Shown: positions 38,085-48,878, counted from the first letter of the stretch. The stretch is 64,000 nt of DNA from a bacterium (GCA_030429765.1 JAUIER010000015.1:31079-95078), one strand, 5' to 3'. The notes: generated from the sequence alone by a model not told the origin. Numbers and translations are program-made.

Positions 38085-38510
38085 TTACCCACTGCCCGCC
38101 AATAAACGCCGTAAATACATGTAGATGACCACCAGCGCACAGGTAAAAACGCCCAGTCCGATGTAGAGCGTCTTCATGGCCCGGTCCATATTGGTCAGCA
38201 CCCTCGCTTTCAAATCCGGGTAGGATGAATCGCTGATGCGTTCGTCAGTCTTGAGAAACTTGATAAGCCCCCTGAGCTTACGGACATCAAAACCCTTTTG
38301 ATACGCCCATAGAACCGGTTGTCCAAGCTCCTCCCATGTCTGTGGATGTTGTTGTGATAGGTAATCCCGCAGGTGTCCCAAGGCCTTGATGTATCGATAC
38401 ACATACATCAGCAACAAAGCGAACCATACGATATGCAACGCAAAAAATATCCGGAATCCCCAGAAGATGGAATGAAGTTCGTCAGGAAGCTGTTCAGAAG
38501 GAATAAACAA
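38085..38510 (-). CDS. Hypothetical membrane protein (2-3 TM)
   Basis: 141 aa. Overlaps the upstream SPOR gene by 17 nt. Confidence 0.4.
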   Translation of the reverse strand: MFIPSEQLPDELHSIFWGFRIFFALHIVWFALLLMYVYRYIKALGHLRDYLSQQHPQTWEELGQPVLWAYQKGFDVRKLRGLIKFLKTDERISDSSYPDLKARVLTNMDRAMKTLYIGLGVFTCALVVIYMYLRRLLAGSG

Positions 38511-38991
38511 AACTGTCTTTAAACCGGGATTTGAGTTTGCGGTTCATGGATTTGGCCTGATCAAGACTCGCGGACTCGCCCACGCAAACACGATACAGAT
38601 CATCCGGCCGGTCGGCCTTCTTGGGCGCGATATACGCGTTATATTCCTGGTTTGTCAGCTGATCGACCAATTTCTTGGCCTGTTTGACCTGTTTGAAAGA
38701 AGCCACCTGGACTGTATAGACCTTTTGGCGCGTGGGTTGCGGCTTGGAGACCGCCTTATACTGACGCTCAGGAACCGGCTCAACAGGCTGGCGGCGTGTT
38801 ACCACTGTCTCACGTCGAGGTTCACGTTCCGACTGAGACGTAGTGACAATAAATTCATCCTCCGCCACCGGCTGCCGTTCGGATCGATCCTGCAAGACCA
38901 TTTCCTTGGCCTTTACACCGAGTTCAATAAGATTACCTTTAAAGAAACCGCCGAGAAAAAATCCGACGAGAAATATAATAATGTACCGCAT
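38494..38991 (-). CDS. SPOR domain protein (N-terminal TM anchor)
   Basis: C-terminal SPOR domain (YTVQVASFKQVKQAKKLVDQL...YRVCVGE). Confidence 0.6.
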   Translation of the reverse strand: MRYIIIFLVGFFLGGFFKGNLIELGVKAKEMVLQDRSERQPVAEDEFIVTTSQSEREPRRETVVTRRQPVEPVPERQYKAVSKPQPTRQKVYTVQVASFKQVKQAKKLVDQLTNQEYNAYIAPKKADRPDDLYRVCVGESASLDQAKSMNRKLKSRFKDSFVYSF

Positions 38992-39074
38992 GATTCCCCC
39001 AGAAGATATAAAATTCGATTATTAGCTTGACTGATATTTTATCAACCCGCCGATTGATAATCAACGTATTCCCA

Positions 39075-39105
39075 TAAAAAATGGGGCCATCCGCTGGAAT
39101 GGCCC
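39075..39105 (-). terminator. Rho-independent terminator (8-bp stem GGGGCCAT/ATGGCCCC, 8-nt loop, T-rich tail) downstream of the A2M gene
   Basis: Read directly from the sequence, 19 nt after the A2M stop. Confidence 0.55.
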
Positions 39106-39123
39106 CATAATAATACCTGAGTG

Positions 39124-42100
39124 TTACTCGCGATCGTTTACCGTGATGACCATTTCCGAGCTGTTGGAACGAATCTCCGGCACGTACATCGCGTGCGTCT
39201 GATTCGGCATCCCGTGGAATGTCCCGGGAACCTCGGCCCGAAGTTCATAGGTAATCCGGTGCTGTCCCTGTTTGAGTTTGTCCACAAAGAAGGCCGCTTT
39301 TTGGTCGCGGAATTCCTGATGGATCCAGGTAGAATGCCCCGCTGGTTTACCCTTGTGATCGAGCTGCTGAGCGTAGCCTGAACCGCTTTTAAGCGCGACC
39401 GCCTCCAGCCCCGCCGGCTTGTAATCTTCAACCACCAGATACTCATAGTGATTTTTGGAATCAAGTGTGATCTCCACTTTGATCCTGTCCCCGCTCCGCA
39501 CGTCGGCCCCGTTTTCCAACAAGCGCCAGTCGGTATCATAGCCGGCCAGCAATGTTTCAGCTGTATCTTCGATAAAGTATTGTCGGGTCACAAAAACCTC
39601 ATTACCCTCTGGTGTGATATTTTCTTCCAGGGTAAAGTACTTGAGATATCCGGACACATACAATGATCCGCGACCGGTCAACCGAACTTCAACTTGGTTT
39701 TCACCGTCGGTCACGGCTTCGTTCGATAGATCGATGATGCGGTCAAAGCGGAAGACATTGGACGTATTCACTCGATCCTGACGGACAACTTTGCCGTTGA
39801 CCAGGACCTCATACTCAAAGTCCGGTGACAATTCATTGGTCGTGCGCAGATAATCGGCCAACCCCAGAATAGTGATCGCCGTATCACGCGTGTTCTTCCA
39901 CCGTCCGCCGCGACGATTGAGCGCCAACCATTTAACCGCTGGCTCTAGATAGGGACTTTGCGGATCAATGTTGGCAAGCGCCTTAACCACAAAGGCCGTG
40001 GCTTCCACGCCGCCTTCGCTGAATCGATAATAAATCCCTGATTCACCCCAATGCACCGTATTGTTGGTTTTTTCTTCGATCATGCCATTGATCAGATTGC
40101 GTGCTAATGTCTGCGCCTGCTGATGTTGTCCACGATAATGCTGCGCCAGGGCAAACAAGGCCCGTGTGTACGGATTCAGTTCGTCACGCATCTCCCACAG
40201 ACGCTGGGTTTGAATGGATTCAAACTTGCTGTTAGATCGGGCCGCCGCCAGAGCGTGTAACATCCACGCCAGCATGTCGGGTTGATTTTCCACTTCAACC
40301 AACTCGGTCTGTAGGTAGCGCACACCGCGGCTGAGCACATCATTCCGGACATCCAGCCCGGCCTGTTTGGCCAGACTCATCCCCCATACGACATAGGCGG
40401 TCATAAACCGATCGGAATTTCCCTGTTTCCACCATCCCCAACCGCCGTCGGAATGCTGGAAGTCATACAATCGATTCAGTCCGGCTGCCGTCATCTCGTC
40501 CAAACGCTCGACAGTGGTGTGATCCTTCCGTTTGGGATGCCCCGGATCCTCTCTCGGGATCAGAACATTGTTGAGATAATCGGCCACATCCTCCTCGGAG
40601 AGACCCAAATCGGTCAGCGTCTTTTTGACAATCACGGCCGGTAAAAAACGGCTCATCGTCTGCTCGACACATCCATATGGAAACTGGGCCAAATATGGTA
40701 ACGCGTCCAGCATGGTCGCGGCCACCGACGGGGATAACATCAATTTCAATGAGGTTGATTCCTTAATACGTTCGCTCGGAATATCCAGTAAAAACAATTG
40801 CTGGACAGTTTCCGTGCCCGCATTCTTGACGGCCAGCGATTTGGCGATAAATTTCTCGATCCCATGAGGAATGATCGGATACGTCTTGACCATCGCGTCG
40901 GCATCTTCTGAGGCCTGGGCCGAGACCGATATTTTCGCCTGCCCCTGTTCCAGCGCCCGCGCGCGCCAATCAACGCGTTGCTCACCATGCGCGTCAATTG
41001 TCACCCATGTCTCTACATCATCCAGGACTTCGAGACCTTGAGCATCAAGCACGACCCGAATCTTCAGCGGACTGTCCGTGTAGTTATGGACGTTGGCTGA
41101 CAGGACAACTTCATCACGTTCAGTGAAAAAACGTGGCGCCTGCAACCGTACAATCACATCCTTGTTGGTTTTGGTATCATATGTGACATTCCCCACGGCC
41201 GTCTGTGTTGAAATCGTCCGTGCGGTCGCCCGCCACGTCGTCAGTGAATCCGGAAACTTGACCTTAATCTGAGCCTTACCGTCGGCTCCGGTCACAATGG
41301 TCGGTTGCCAGTAAGCGGTGGAGCGAAAATCCTGACGGACGGTTGGAGATTTAAGATCCCCACCGGCACCACCGCCGGACAGTGATTCTTCCATGACCAT
41401 ATCCGCATCCGCCATTCTGGCTTCTTTGCCCGCCATCATTTTTGATTCCTGAAATCCGCCACGGCGCGCCCGCATCGGCGCAGCCGCCCCCGCAAAATTC
41501 GAGCTAACCTCGGACTCCATCACGGCATCGGCCGCAACCATTCCCAATGCCGCTACCTGGGCATTAGCCCGAAAACCCTTGTCCTTTTTTAATCCATCCA
41601 TCCGGTCATCGTAAAGTTCAGGCTCTTCACGCTTTTGCTTCTCCTGAACTTTCATCAGCTTGAGCTGATCCTCTGTCATTAACTGCAATTCATCATTGCG
41701 GACAAATATCTGATACTGTTTCTGATTAAAGCTGGATTGTGTCTGGACCGATTGCTGCCGTTTTGTCCCGTAGAAGAACTCACGGATATCCTTCACAAAC
41801 TCACTTTGAATGTAGTACACACTGGCATCAACCAGCCCCAACGAAATCTCGCCGACGACAGGTTCGCCATTGTGGTCCGTTACTTCGATATCAAACAATC
41901 CTTCTTCCTGCGGACGGTAAGTTTCCTTATCCGACATGACCTTGACGTTCAGGAACTTTTCATCCGGCGGGACAATTAGTTGAAGGTTATGCATCTTGGC
42001 CTGATAGTTCTCTATGGATAAGGCATGCAGAAAGATATTCGGAGTGAATGTATCTTTGACTTCAAATTCGAGCAATTTCACCGTTCCCTCGAGAAAATGG

Positions 42101-44997
42101 AGCGACGAACCAAAAATTTCATCGGCCTCCTGAGAGAACAACACCCACGTTTCCGGCTTGTTGGCGACGATCATCACACGGGCGACATCACCGATCGAAT
42201 ATGTATCCTTTTCCGGAATAATCTGAATCCCGCTGTATTGATAACCGATATTTTGACTGGCCTTATCACACACATAGACATGTGTTTGCGAGGTGATTTC
42301 ATTGCCCTTGTCATCAAATCCCGTAAACATGACAACATAGTAGCCGTCCTGTTCGGGCTGAAATTCGAATTGCGACTCGCCCTTTTCATCCGTCTTGATA
42401 AACCGGTTGAAGAGTTCATTGCTGTCGTAACCCGCTGGTTGAACGGCCCGGCCATTAACGATTCGCTGATCGCGCCACCAGTTGCGCGAGACGGTAATCT
42501 TGCCGTCAACCGAGACGGCCTCATTGTTCGCCGTAACCGTCTTGATATCCACTAAAGCCTTGTCACCCGGACGATAAATCTGGTTCTTCGGGTTCAAATA
42601 GGCGTAGAAAGAATGGCGCGTCACCTTCACCGTTGACGTTGACGAAATCTCCCGACGGCTCTGGTCCACCACCCGGACCTCGATCCGGTACTCATAATCG
42701 ACATCACTATTTTCAGGCGTTTCAAATGCGAATGTCGCCTTGCCCGCGGCATCGGTCTTGATGGTTTCTTTCTTGATCAATTGCCCCTGGTTATAGTGAT
42801 GCCGGCCATAAAAATTATGTCCGTACATATTGGTATCTTCGAAATACCATGGATACTTGTGCGGCGGCCGATAATAGTGATGATATTGTTTCTGATATAC
42901 TAGATATTCGACATCCGCATCCGCGACACCACCCCCGAAATAGTACTGCGCGTCCACGGCCACACGGACCTCGTCCCCTAATTGATAGACCGTTTGTCCG
43001 TCGGCATTGGGTTCGGGTTTGATATTGACGATAAATTCAGGCAGCTTATATTCTTCCAGCCGAAAGATCGGCGATGATCCCATATGCGTGCGCCATTTAT
43101 CGGTGTAAAGCTCCAGACGGTACTGTCCTAATGACGCCTTTTCATCCAGGGTCAATGCGTCATGAAACGTCCCGAAATCATTCAGCCGATAATCTTTTTC
43201 ATGGACCTTATTGCCGCGTTCATCATAGATCCGCGCCTGGACTGTCAGCCCTGCCGGTGTTTTGAAGGCTGAATCGTCATAGTCACGCACGGTGACTTTG
43301 AATGACACTTTTTCATTTGGGCGGTAAGCCGGTCGATCACTGTAAGCGTAAAGCCACCATTTGGTATGACTGTTATAAGAGTAGTTGCGGCCTTGTGAAA
43401 ATGTTGGCTTTCCGTTATCGACGGCAACGGCAAAGAGTTCGTGCTGATTGTTGTAATTTTTATTGGTGGTCTTTTTCAGCGGAAACTTCAGCAATCCATC
43501 CGCATCCGTCTTCCCCTGCTGCTGATCCCAGGCCCAGTAGCCCTGATTGTTGTAATAGCGGTACTGATATTTGACATCGGCATCGGGCTTTGGTTCGCCG
43601 GTCAACGCATCAAACACATAGATCAAACCGGAACTGCCGCCGACCTTGCTCACCATGCCGATATCCGTCACGACAATCAGGTCATAGGCCTTGACCCCAT
43701 TGGCTGTTATCAAGGCCAGATAAGCACCCGGTTCCAGTACGCCATCTTCAGGGATCACCTCATCCTGACCGGCATCCATACGCCACTCGGCCAGCCCCTT
43801 GTTTTCACTGTACCATTGATACTTGCCCTGGTTCTTGAGATTCAGCGGCACGGAAAACACCTGCGGCAAACGTTCATAATTACGACTCTCGACGAGACGA
43901 CGGGTGATCTCCTGGTAGTTATTAACACCGTGCTGATAGTCACTCGGTTTCTTACGCGGATCAAATTTCAGTTCATTCACCAAATCCACTTTATAAAGCG
44001 AAAGCGTTGAGTTTTTGATATTCTTCCATCCGATATTGAATTGGATCTCGGAACCGGGCAGGAATGTATAGCCGATCCCAATATTGATTTGAGGCTGGGT
44101 GATCGATTTGATTTGATTTTGCGCGTTGTTGACCCACTGCGACTCACCCTTGCGGAACTTCGTTAAGAACTCGCGATATGTATCCAACGCGTCATCCAGT
44201 TTGTTTTGTTGCTGATAATATTGGGCCAGATAATAGTAAGAATCATCGACCCACTCGCTATCCGAAAATTCCTTGATCACCTTATTGAAATATTTGACCG
44301 CCTCTTTTTTCTTTTGCTGGTTATAATACTGATGGTAATAGCTCATCGCCAACGAGTAATAGACCTTGGCCCGGTCCGCATCGGACTTGGTTACTTTGAG
44401 CAATTCCTCATACAATACGTGCAATCCGTTGTTTTCGGGTTTGTCCGGCAGGATCCGTTGACCATCCACAGCCAGCGGCTTGATCCCGTTAAATCCCCAC
44501 CCCCAATTCCGTGAAACAAAATCGCCCAGGGTAAACGTGGCTTTAATGAACCGCGGCCGGGCGTTATCAATATCTTTGGATCCGGCCCAATAAGCACGGG
44601 CGTCCTGCAGATATTCCTTGATCTTTTCCGTATGCTGCCATTGATTCACTTCGAGATAATGTTCCGCGAGTGATTCATTGGCCTCCGCCCACCAGCGGTC
44701 CTTTTGATCGCCCTCGACCAATTCCTTGAGACTTTTTACGGCTTCTTCATATCGGCGACTTTCTTTGGTGCGCCACGACGCATCCGCGAATTTGAATAAA
44801 TACTCGCGTGAGGCCTCGGGTGTCAGTTCAGCTGTTTCCAGGATCTTGGCGAATTGGTCGGCCGCCAATCGGTAGGATTTTTCCTGATGCAGCTGATTGG
44901 CCTTGTTCATTGCGGGATTCTGCGCCGAAGACAGCGAGGCCCCCAACACCATGGCCCCTATGATTAAAATCGCTGTAAGTCTCTTAAATACCATCAT
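39124..44997 (-). CDS. Alpha-2-macroglobulin family protein (thioester-containing), 1957 aa, with an N-terminal TPR-like extension
   Basis: Signal peptide, multiple MG-like repeats, and an intact thioester motif (..FPYGCVEQTMSRF..). It is large even for a bacterial A2M. Confidence 0.8.
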   Translation of the reverse strand: MMVFKRLTAILIIGAMVLGASLSSAQNPAMNKANQLHQEKSYRLAADQFAKILETAELTPEASREYLFKFADASWRTKESRRYEEAVKSLKELVEGDQKDRWWAEANESLAEHYLEVNQWQHTEKIKEYLQDARAYWAGSKDIDNARPRFIKATFTLGDFVSRNWGWGFNGIKPLAVDGQRILPDKPENNGLHVLYEELLKVTKSDADRAKVYYSLAMSYYHQYYNQQKKKEAVKYFNKVIKEFSDSEWVDDSYYYLAQYYQQQNKLDDALDTYREFLTKFRKGESQWVNNAQNQIKSITQPQINIGIGYTFLPGSEIQFNIGWKNIKNSTLSLYKVDLVNELKFDPRKKPSDYQHGVNNYQEITRRLVESRNYERLPQVFSVPLNLKNQGKYQWYSENKGLAEWRMDAGQDEVIPEDGVLEPGAYLALITANGVKAYDLIVVTDIGMVSKVGGSSGLIYVFDALTGEPKPDADVKYQYRYYNNQGYWAWDQQQGKTDADGLLKFPLKKTTNKNYNNQHELFAVAVDNGKPTFSQGRNYSYNSHTKWWLYAYSDRPAYRPNEKVSFKVTVRDYDDSAFKTPAGLTVQARIYDERGNKVHEKDYRLNDFGTFHDALTLDEKASLGQYRLELYTDKWRTHMGSSPIFRLEEYKLPEFIVNIKPEPNADGQTVYQLGDEVRVAVDAQYYFGGGVADADVEYLVYQKQYHHYYRPPHKYPWYFEDTNMYGHNFYGRHHYNQGQLIKKETIKTDAAGKATFAFETPENSDVDYEYRIEVRVVDQSRREISSTSTVKVTRHSFYAYLNPKNQIYRPGDKALVDIKTVTANNEAVSVDGKITVSRNWWRDQRIVNGRAVQPAGYDSNELFNRFIKTDEKGESQFEFQPEQDGYYVVMFTGFDDKGNEITSQTHVYVCDKASQNIGYQYSGIQIIPEKDTYSIGDVARVMIVANKPETWVLFSQEADEIFGSSLHFLEGTVKLLEFEVKDTFTPNIFLHALSIENYQAKMHNLQLIVPPDEKFLNVKVMSDKETYRPQEEGLFDIEVTDHNGEPVVGEISLGLVDASVYYIQSEFVKDIREFFYGTKRQQSVQTQSSFNQKQYQIFVRNDELQLMTEDQLKLMKVQEKQKREEPELYDDRMDGLKKDKGFRANAQVAALGMVAADAVMESEVSSNFAGAAAPMRARRGGFQESKMMAGKEARMADADMVMEESLSGGGAGGDLKSPTVRQDFRSTAYWQPTIVTGADGKAQIKVKFPDSLTTWRATARTISTQTAVGNVTYDTKTNKDVIVRLQAPRFFTERDEVVLSANVHNYTDSPLKIRVVLDAQGLEVLDDVETWVTIDAHGEQRVDWRARALEQGQAKISVSAQASEDADAMVKTYPIIPHGIEKFIAKSLAVKNAGTETVQQLFLLDIPSERIKESTSLKLMLSPSVAATMLDALPYLAQFPYGCVEQTMSRFLPAVIVKKTLTDLGLSEEDVADYLNNVLIPREDPGHPKRKDHTTVERLDEMTAAGLNRLYDFQHSDGGWGWWKQGNSDRFMTAYVVWGMSLAKQAGLDVRNDVLSRGVRYLQTELVEVENQPDMLAWMLHALAAARSNSKFESIQTQRLWEMRDELNPYTRALFALAQHYRGQHQQAQTLARNLINGMIEEKTNNTVHWGESGIYYRFSEGGVEATAFVVKALANIDPQSPYLEPAVKWLALNRRGGRWKNTRDTAITILGLADYLRTTNELSPDFEYEVLVNGKVVRQDRVNTSNVFRFDRIIDLSNEAVTDGENQVEVRLTGRGSLYVSGYLKYFTLEENITPEGNEVFVTRQYFIEDTAETLLAGYDTDWRLLENGADVRSGDRIKVEITLDSKNHYEYLVVEDYKPAGLEAVALKSGSGYAQQLDHKGKPAGHSTWIHQEFRDQKAAFFVDKLKQGQHRITYELRAEVPGTFHGMPNQTHAMYVPEIRSNSSEMVITVNDRE

Positions 44998-45072
44998 TTA
45001 CCTCCGTTAAACGGTTCTTGGCTGTTTCTGGTTAAACGGCTCACACGCCAAAAAGTTACAAAATTTTTGAAA

Positions 45073-45549
45073 TTATTCCGACGCCGGGCGGATATCGAAC
45101 GGACGGCGGATCGTCCGGCGCTCCACATCACAGGGCAGGGCCCAGTCTTCGGCTTCGCCGATCAGGACATGCAGACGGTCAAGCCAATACTCTTCGTCCT
45201 CATCGTCCCGCCGATTTTCATCGGTAAAATACCCATAGACCTGATACTTGCGGCTGCGGGCGTCGGCATCCCGAAAAACTCGGCTGTCGCATGACTTTCG
45301 TTTATTAAAATCCCGGAAAAAGAAAACTTCTATGGTCCCGCGAACTCGTCCGCGGTCGTAATACCGGCAGGTGACCTTGGAACGGCCATAGATATCGGTA
45401 GTGAATTTGGGTCCGCTGGCAACATAGTCGCGCAGCGAATCGGGGCAATGCACGGCCTGTGCGGCGGCCAACGGCACGTACAAGGTGGTCAATAGAATTG
45501 TGAGAATGAAAGGCTTCACTATATTAATATCTTTGAATGATAAATACAC
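45073..45549 (-). CDS. Hypothetical secreted Cys-containing protein
   Basis: 158 aa with a signal peptide and four Cys. No recognisable domain. Confidence 0.35.
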   Translation of the reverse strand: MYLSFKDINIVKPFILTILLTTLYVPLAAAQAVHCPDSLRDYVASGPKFTTDIYGRSKVTCRYYDRGRVRGTIEVFFFRDFNKRKSCDSRVFRDADARSRKYQVYGYFTDENRRDDEDEEYWLDRLHVLIGEAEDWALPCDVERRTIRRPFDIRPASE

Positions 45550-45970
45550 CGGCGATCAGCATCGCCACACCTAACAAACGCATCGCTGAAATCGGACGGA
45601 CATGAAATCCCACCCATCCATAATGATCTATTATAACAGAAACCAGCAATTGTCCGACAACTAAACACGCGACCACCGCCACCGCGCCGATCTTCGGGGC
45701 CAGCAGGATAACCGTGATCACCATCGTTCCGCCCAGAAAGCCGCCGGTCAGCAGGTGCGGCGGCGCCTGCTGCAGTACCCGCAGCGACGGAACCCCCGCG
45801 CCCTTCACCCAACAAAAAAACGACATCATCAACAATCCGCCCAAGAAAGAAACCCAGGCCGACTGCGGCGCCGATCCCAGCTGCTTGGCCAAAGACGCAT
45901 TAATACCGGCCTGAAAAGGCAGGGCCATACCCGCACAAACGGCAACAATCAAATACATCCAATGTGACAT
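45524..45970 (-). CDS. DMT-superfamily small transporter (DUF606/YdcZ-like)
   Basis: 148 aa with 4-5 TM segments. RBS GAGGATG precedes the ATG. Confidence 0.55.
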   Translation of the reverse strand: MSHWMYLIVAVCAGMALPFQAGINASLAKQLGSAPQSAWVSFLGGLLMMSFFCWVKGAGVPSLRVLQQAPPHLLTGGFLGGTMVITVILLAPKIGAVAVVACLVVGQLLVSVIIDHYGWVGFHVRPISAMRLLGVAMLIAGVFIIQRY

Positions 45971-45999
45971 ATCATCCTCACTTTCACGACATTGCTGTC

Positions 46000-46047
46000 A
46001 AAAAAATATCCTCCCCGCCCGACGGTAACATGCCGGGCAAGGAGGAT
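46000..46047 (-). terminator. Rho-independent terminator (~12-bp interrupted stem ATCCTCCCCGCCCG/CGGGCAAGGAGGAT, then T7 on the minus strand)
   Basis: Read directly from the sequence, 23 nt downstream of the outer-membrane barrel gene stop. Confidence 0.6.
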
Positions 46048-46069
46048 CGAATTAAGGTCGACCAACGGA

Positions 46070-46798
46070 CTAGAAATTATAATCAACTCCCGCTGTAATC
46101 GTGTAGTCATTTTTCTTGGTTCCCGGCGACGGATCTGAATTGTAATCATCCACATACGTCAATTTCCAGGACATTTGGTCACTCATTTTACTCACAAGGC
46201 TGGTCTCATTTCTCAATCGGAACGCCCCGCCTTCCAGTGACGGATAAAGCGTCAGATCTTCGATTAATCGAAGATTTTCCAGCAATTGCTTTTCAAGGTA
46301 AAGTCGAGGAATCAAGACCACTTCGCCTTCGTCCTTCTTGGCTGGATTACGATAATCCGTATACTGATAACCAATCGCGATTTCAGTCTTGAGCTTGTAA
46401 TCATCTTCATCATAAAACCATCGTCCAACCCCGTAACCCGGTGTCAGTCGATAATTGATATCAGCAAAGACATCCTGCATCCCTTCGAATTTTCCGAATT
46501 GATACCAGTTTCGTTCTTCACCAAACTTATTGTCGTAGCGCAGCAACCCGTAAAACTTTTTCGAATCCAATTTACTGTCGCTTGTACCCGCGTAGGCGGT
46601 CCATCGGAATAGCGCTTCATCATCTTCGCGTTTGCGATTGATAAACAATTCTGCGTTTCCCGATCCTTGTTCAGTGTTTCCCCCGGATGTTGAAATCCCG
46701 GCTGTGATGCGCCGCACCCACTCTTCGTCGGACTCAGCCCTGACTTCCGTTGTGAAGGCAACTCCCAAGAGCAACAATAAAACAACTACTTTTTTCAT
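46070..46798 (-). CDS. Outer-membrane beta-barrel protein (DUF481/YdiY-like)
   Basis: Signal peptide, alternating amphipathic beta-strand pattern, and a C-terminal aromatic residue (..VDYNF). Confidence 0.5.
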   Translation of the reverse strand: MKKVVVLLLLLGVAFTTEVRAESDEEWVRRITAGISTSGGNTEQGSGNAELFINRKREDDEALFRWTAYAGTSDSKLDSKKFYGLLRYDNKFGEERNWYQFGKFEGMQDVFADINYRLTPGYGVGRWFYDEDDYKLKTEIAIGYQYTDYRNPAKKDEGEVVLIPRLYLEKQLLENLRLIEDLTLYPSLEGGAFRLRNETSLVSKMSDQMSWKLTYVDDYNSDPSPGTKKNDYTITAGVDYNF

Positions 46799-46848
46799 GT
46801 CTGTCCTTTCTTTCCTCGTTGTGAATTAGGTTTATCTAACAATACCCC

Positions 46849-47529
46849 TCAAGATTGATTGCGTTCGAAGACAAATCCGGATTCCAATCCCGTATCAGGA
46901 TCCGCCGCCTTCGAGGTAAGCTTTAGCTGTTCTTCCTCGGAACATTGATCAAGACGTTTAACCACCAGCCGCCAGGTAGGCTTGGACCGATTATAGACCT
47001 TGGCCACCGGTTCCTGCCCGAGAAAACAACCTTTGGTGAACGATACAAACTCGTCGAGACTGACATTCAGGATCATCTCATCCGCATAATCCATTCCTTG
47101 CAGCGGAATGTTATGCGCGAGACGAAACCAGATAAATTGTTCATCCGAGACGTTTGTATCCAGCGCCTGAGCCGTTAGGATCAGCTGTCCGCATTTTTGC
47201 TCAACAGCATACTCACCAGGCAACGGCGTGTATCCTCCGTCTAGATCAAAATAGACGTTCAGCTCACGCGGTTCAACCTTGACTCCCCCGAGTTTTATGT
47301 ATCGATCAATATGCTCTAAAATATCATCCGAAAAATTTTTTTCAACTATAATCAGCACTTCATCGTCGCTGATCGACAGCTGGTCAAACGTGGCCACGAT
47401 CCGTCCGTGTATCGTGAGAAAGGCATTGCGGGGGGCGTCCATGGTATTCGATGTTAGGCCGTTTAGAAATGACTTGACGCCTTCCTTGCGGAATGACAAC
47501 ACACTTTTTGAGGTCTGGTACAGACGCAT
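46849..47529 (-). CDS. YgfZ/GcvT-like folate-binding protein
   Basis: Contains KGCFLGQE, matching the conserved YgfZ KGCYxGQE motif. Confidence 0.6.
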   Translation of the reverse strand: MRLYQTSKSVLSFRKEGVKSFLNGLTSNTMDAPRNAFLTIHGRIVATFDQLSISDDEVLIIVEKNFSDDILEHIDRYIKLGGVKVEPRELNVYFDLDGGYTPLPGEYAVEQKCGQLILTAQALDTNVSDEQFIWFRLAHNIPLQGMDYADEMILNVSLDEFVSFTKGCFLGQEPVAKVYNRSKPTWRLVVKRLDQCSEEEQLKLTSKAADPDTGLESGFVFERNQS

Positions 47530-47544
47530 AATTTTCAGCCTTCC

Positions 47545-48258
47545 TTACCAGGCAAATGGTTGCCGGTCCCGATAAAATTGACCCGATGGGCCTCCATCCG
47601 GTAAGGTTGCCAGGAAGATCGCTGTATCAGCGCCTTCGGGAAGCTCCCGCGTGGCGCCCGGTCCGCCCATCTCGGTCTTGACCCAGCCCGGACACATTGT
47701 GTTAACCAGAATATTCGTTCCCGACAATTCATCTGCCAGAATCCGTGTTAACGCGTTTAAGCTGGTCTTTGATAATCGGTACGACGGACAACCGCCATTC
47801 ATATGCGTCAGCTGTCCCATGCCCGATGACAAATTGACAATCCGGCCGTACTTGTTCTTACGCATCATCGGTACAACCTGCTGAATCAACATCATCGGTC
47901 CATATACATTGGTGCGCATCCCTCGAATCATGGTCTCCACATCGGCATCAAACACACTCGGCCACGACGACGCAGCGTCTTTATCAGGAAAGATCCCTGC
48001 GTTATTCACTAGAATATCAATCCGCCCGTGTTCATCGGCAACTGCCCGAACACACTGTTCGATACTCACCGGATCAGTGACATCCAATTGATGATAGCCC
48101 ACTTTCAGACCTTCAGACTCCAGCTGTTTGACCGCCGCCTGACCTTTTGCGACATCACGACTGGTGGCCACGACCTTGACATCGTCCTGTTGGGCCAACT
48201 GCCGGCAAATTTCCATTCCGATCCCTCGATTCGCTCCAGTGACTAATGCAATCTTCAT
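47545..48258 (-). CDS. SDR family oxidoreductase
   Basis: Contains TGANRGIG and YxxxK motifs. Confidence 0.85.
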   Translation of the reverse strand: MKIALVTGANRGIGMEICRQLAQQDDVKVVATSRDVAKGQAAVKQLESEGLKVGYHQLDVTDPVSIEQCVRAVADEHGRIDILVNNAGIFPDKDAASSWPSVFDADVETMIRGMRTNVYGPMMLIQQVVPMMRKNKYGRIVNLSSGMGQLTHMNGGCPSYRLSKTSLNALTRILADELSGTNILVNTMCPGWVKTEMGGPGATRELPEGADTAIFLATLPDGGPSGQFYRDRQPFAW

Positions 48259-48284
48259 GACTGTCTTCCCCCGTTTAGTTTTGC

Positions 48285-48878
48285 TTAAATAAATTCCCGC
48301 CGTTTGACCAGCAGCTTTTGTCCGGCGTCAATAAACCGATCCAGCGTCTCGTCGTCCTTGATCAATTGATAGACGCGAAACTCAAGCGATTTGTTGGACA
48401 CGGTCAAACTCGGTTTAAGCGCTTTCCAATCCATTAATGTGTGCTGAACATCTGTATCCAGAAAGGCGCGAACCCGATGTTCGTCGAGTCCACCTACCAA
48501 AAAGGCTTCATCAAATTCCGGCGACATGACCTGAATATCTTTAAGGCCAAACTTCTTACCAAACTTGGTCACCGCGTCTTCGAACCGGACCGTTACAACA
48601 AAATCACTGGCTGAGGACATATTCACCCGAAACAGGCTGCACTCCGGGCTGTTCCGGCTGCCATGTGACAATGACAATGTCACCGTCTGACCATCCATCG
48701 GAAACTCCAGATAGTAAGGTATCCCCAGAATTTTTTTAACCGTTCCATTACGCTTCATGCGCTGATGCTCCAACAGTGTATTGACGAACCGCCGCCGCTT
48801 TCGGATAATCGGCACCACCAGCATAATCGGAATCAGGTAAAAAAAGAGTACAAAGTAAGCAAAAAAATTTTCGCTCAC
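48285..48878 (-). CDS. Hypothetical membrane-anchored protein
   Basis: 197 aa with an N-terminal TM segment. No recognisable domain. Confidence 0.4.
   Translation of the reverse strand: MSENFFAYFVLFFYLIPIMLVVPIIRKRRRFVNTLLEHQRMKRNGTVKKILGIPYYLEFPMDGQTVTLSLSHGSRNSPECSLFRVNMSSASDFVVTVRFEDAVTKFGKKFGLKDIQVMSPEFDEAFLVGGLDEHRVRAFLDTDVQHTLMDWKALKPSLTVSNKSLEFRVYQLIKDDETLDRFIDAGQKLLVKRREFI

Noticed and set aside
45519-45815. Minus-strand 98-aa ORF overlapping the DMT transporter in another frame.
   Set aside because: The product is Gly/Arg-rich with no TM or domain pattern. The transporter frame gives coherent TM helices and an RBS.
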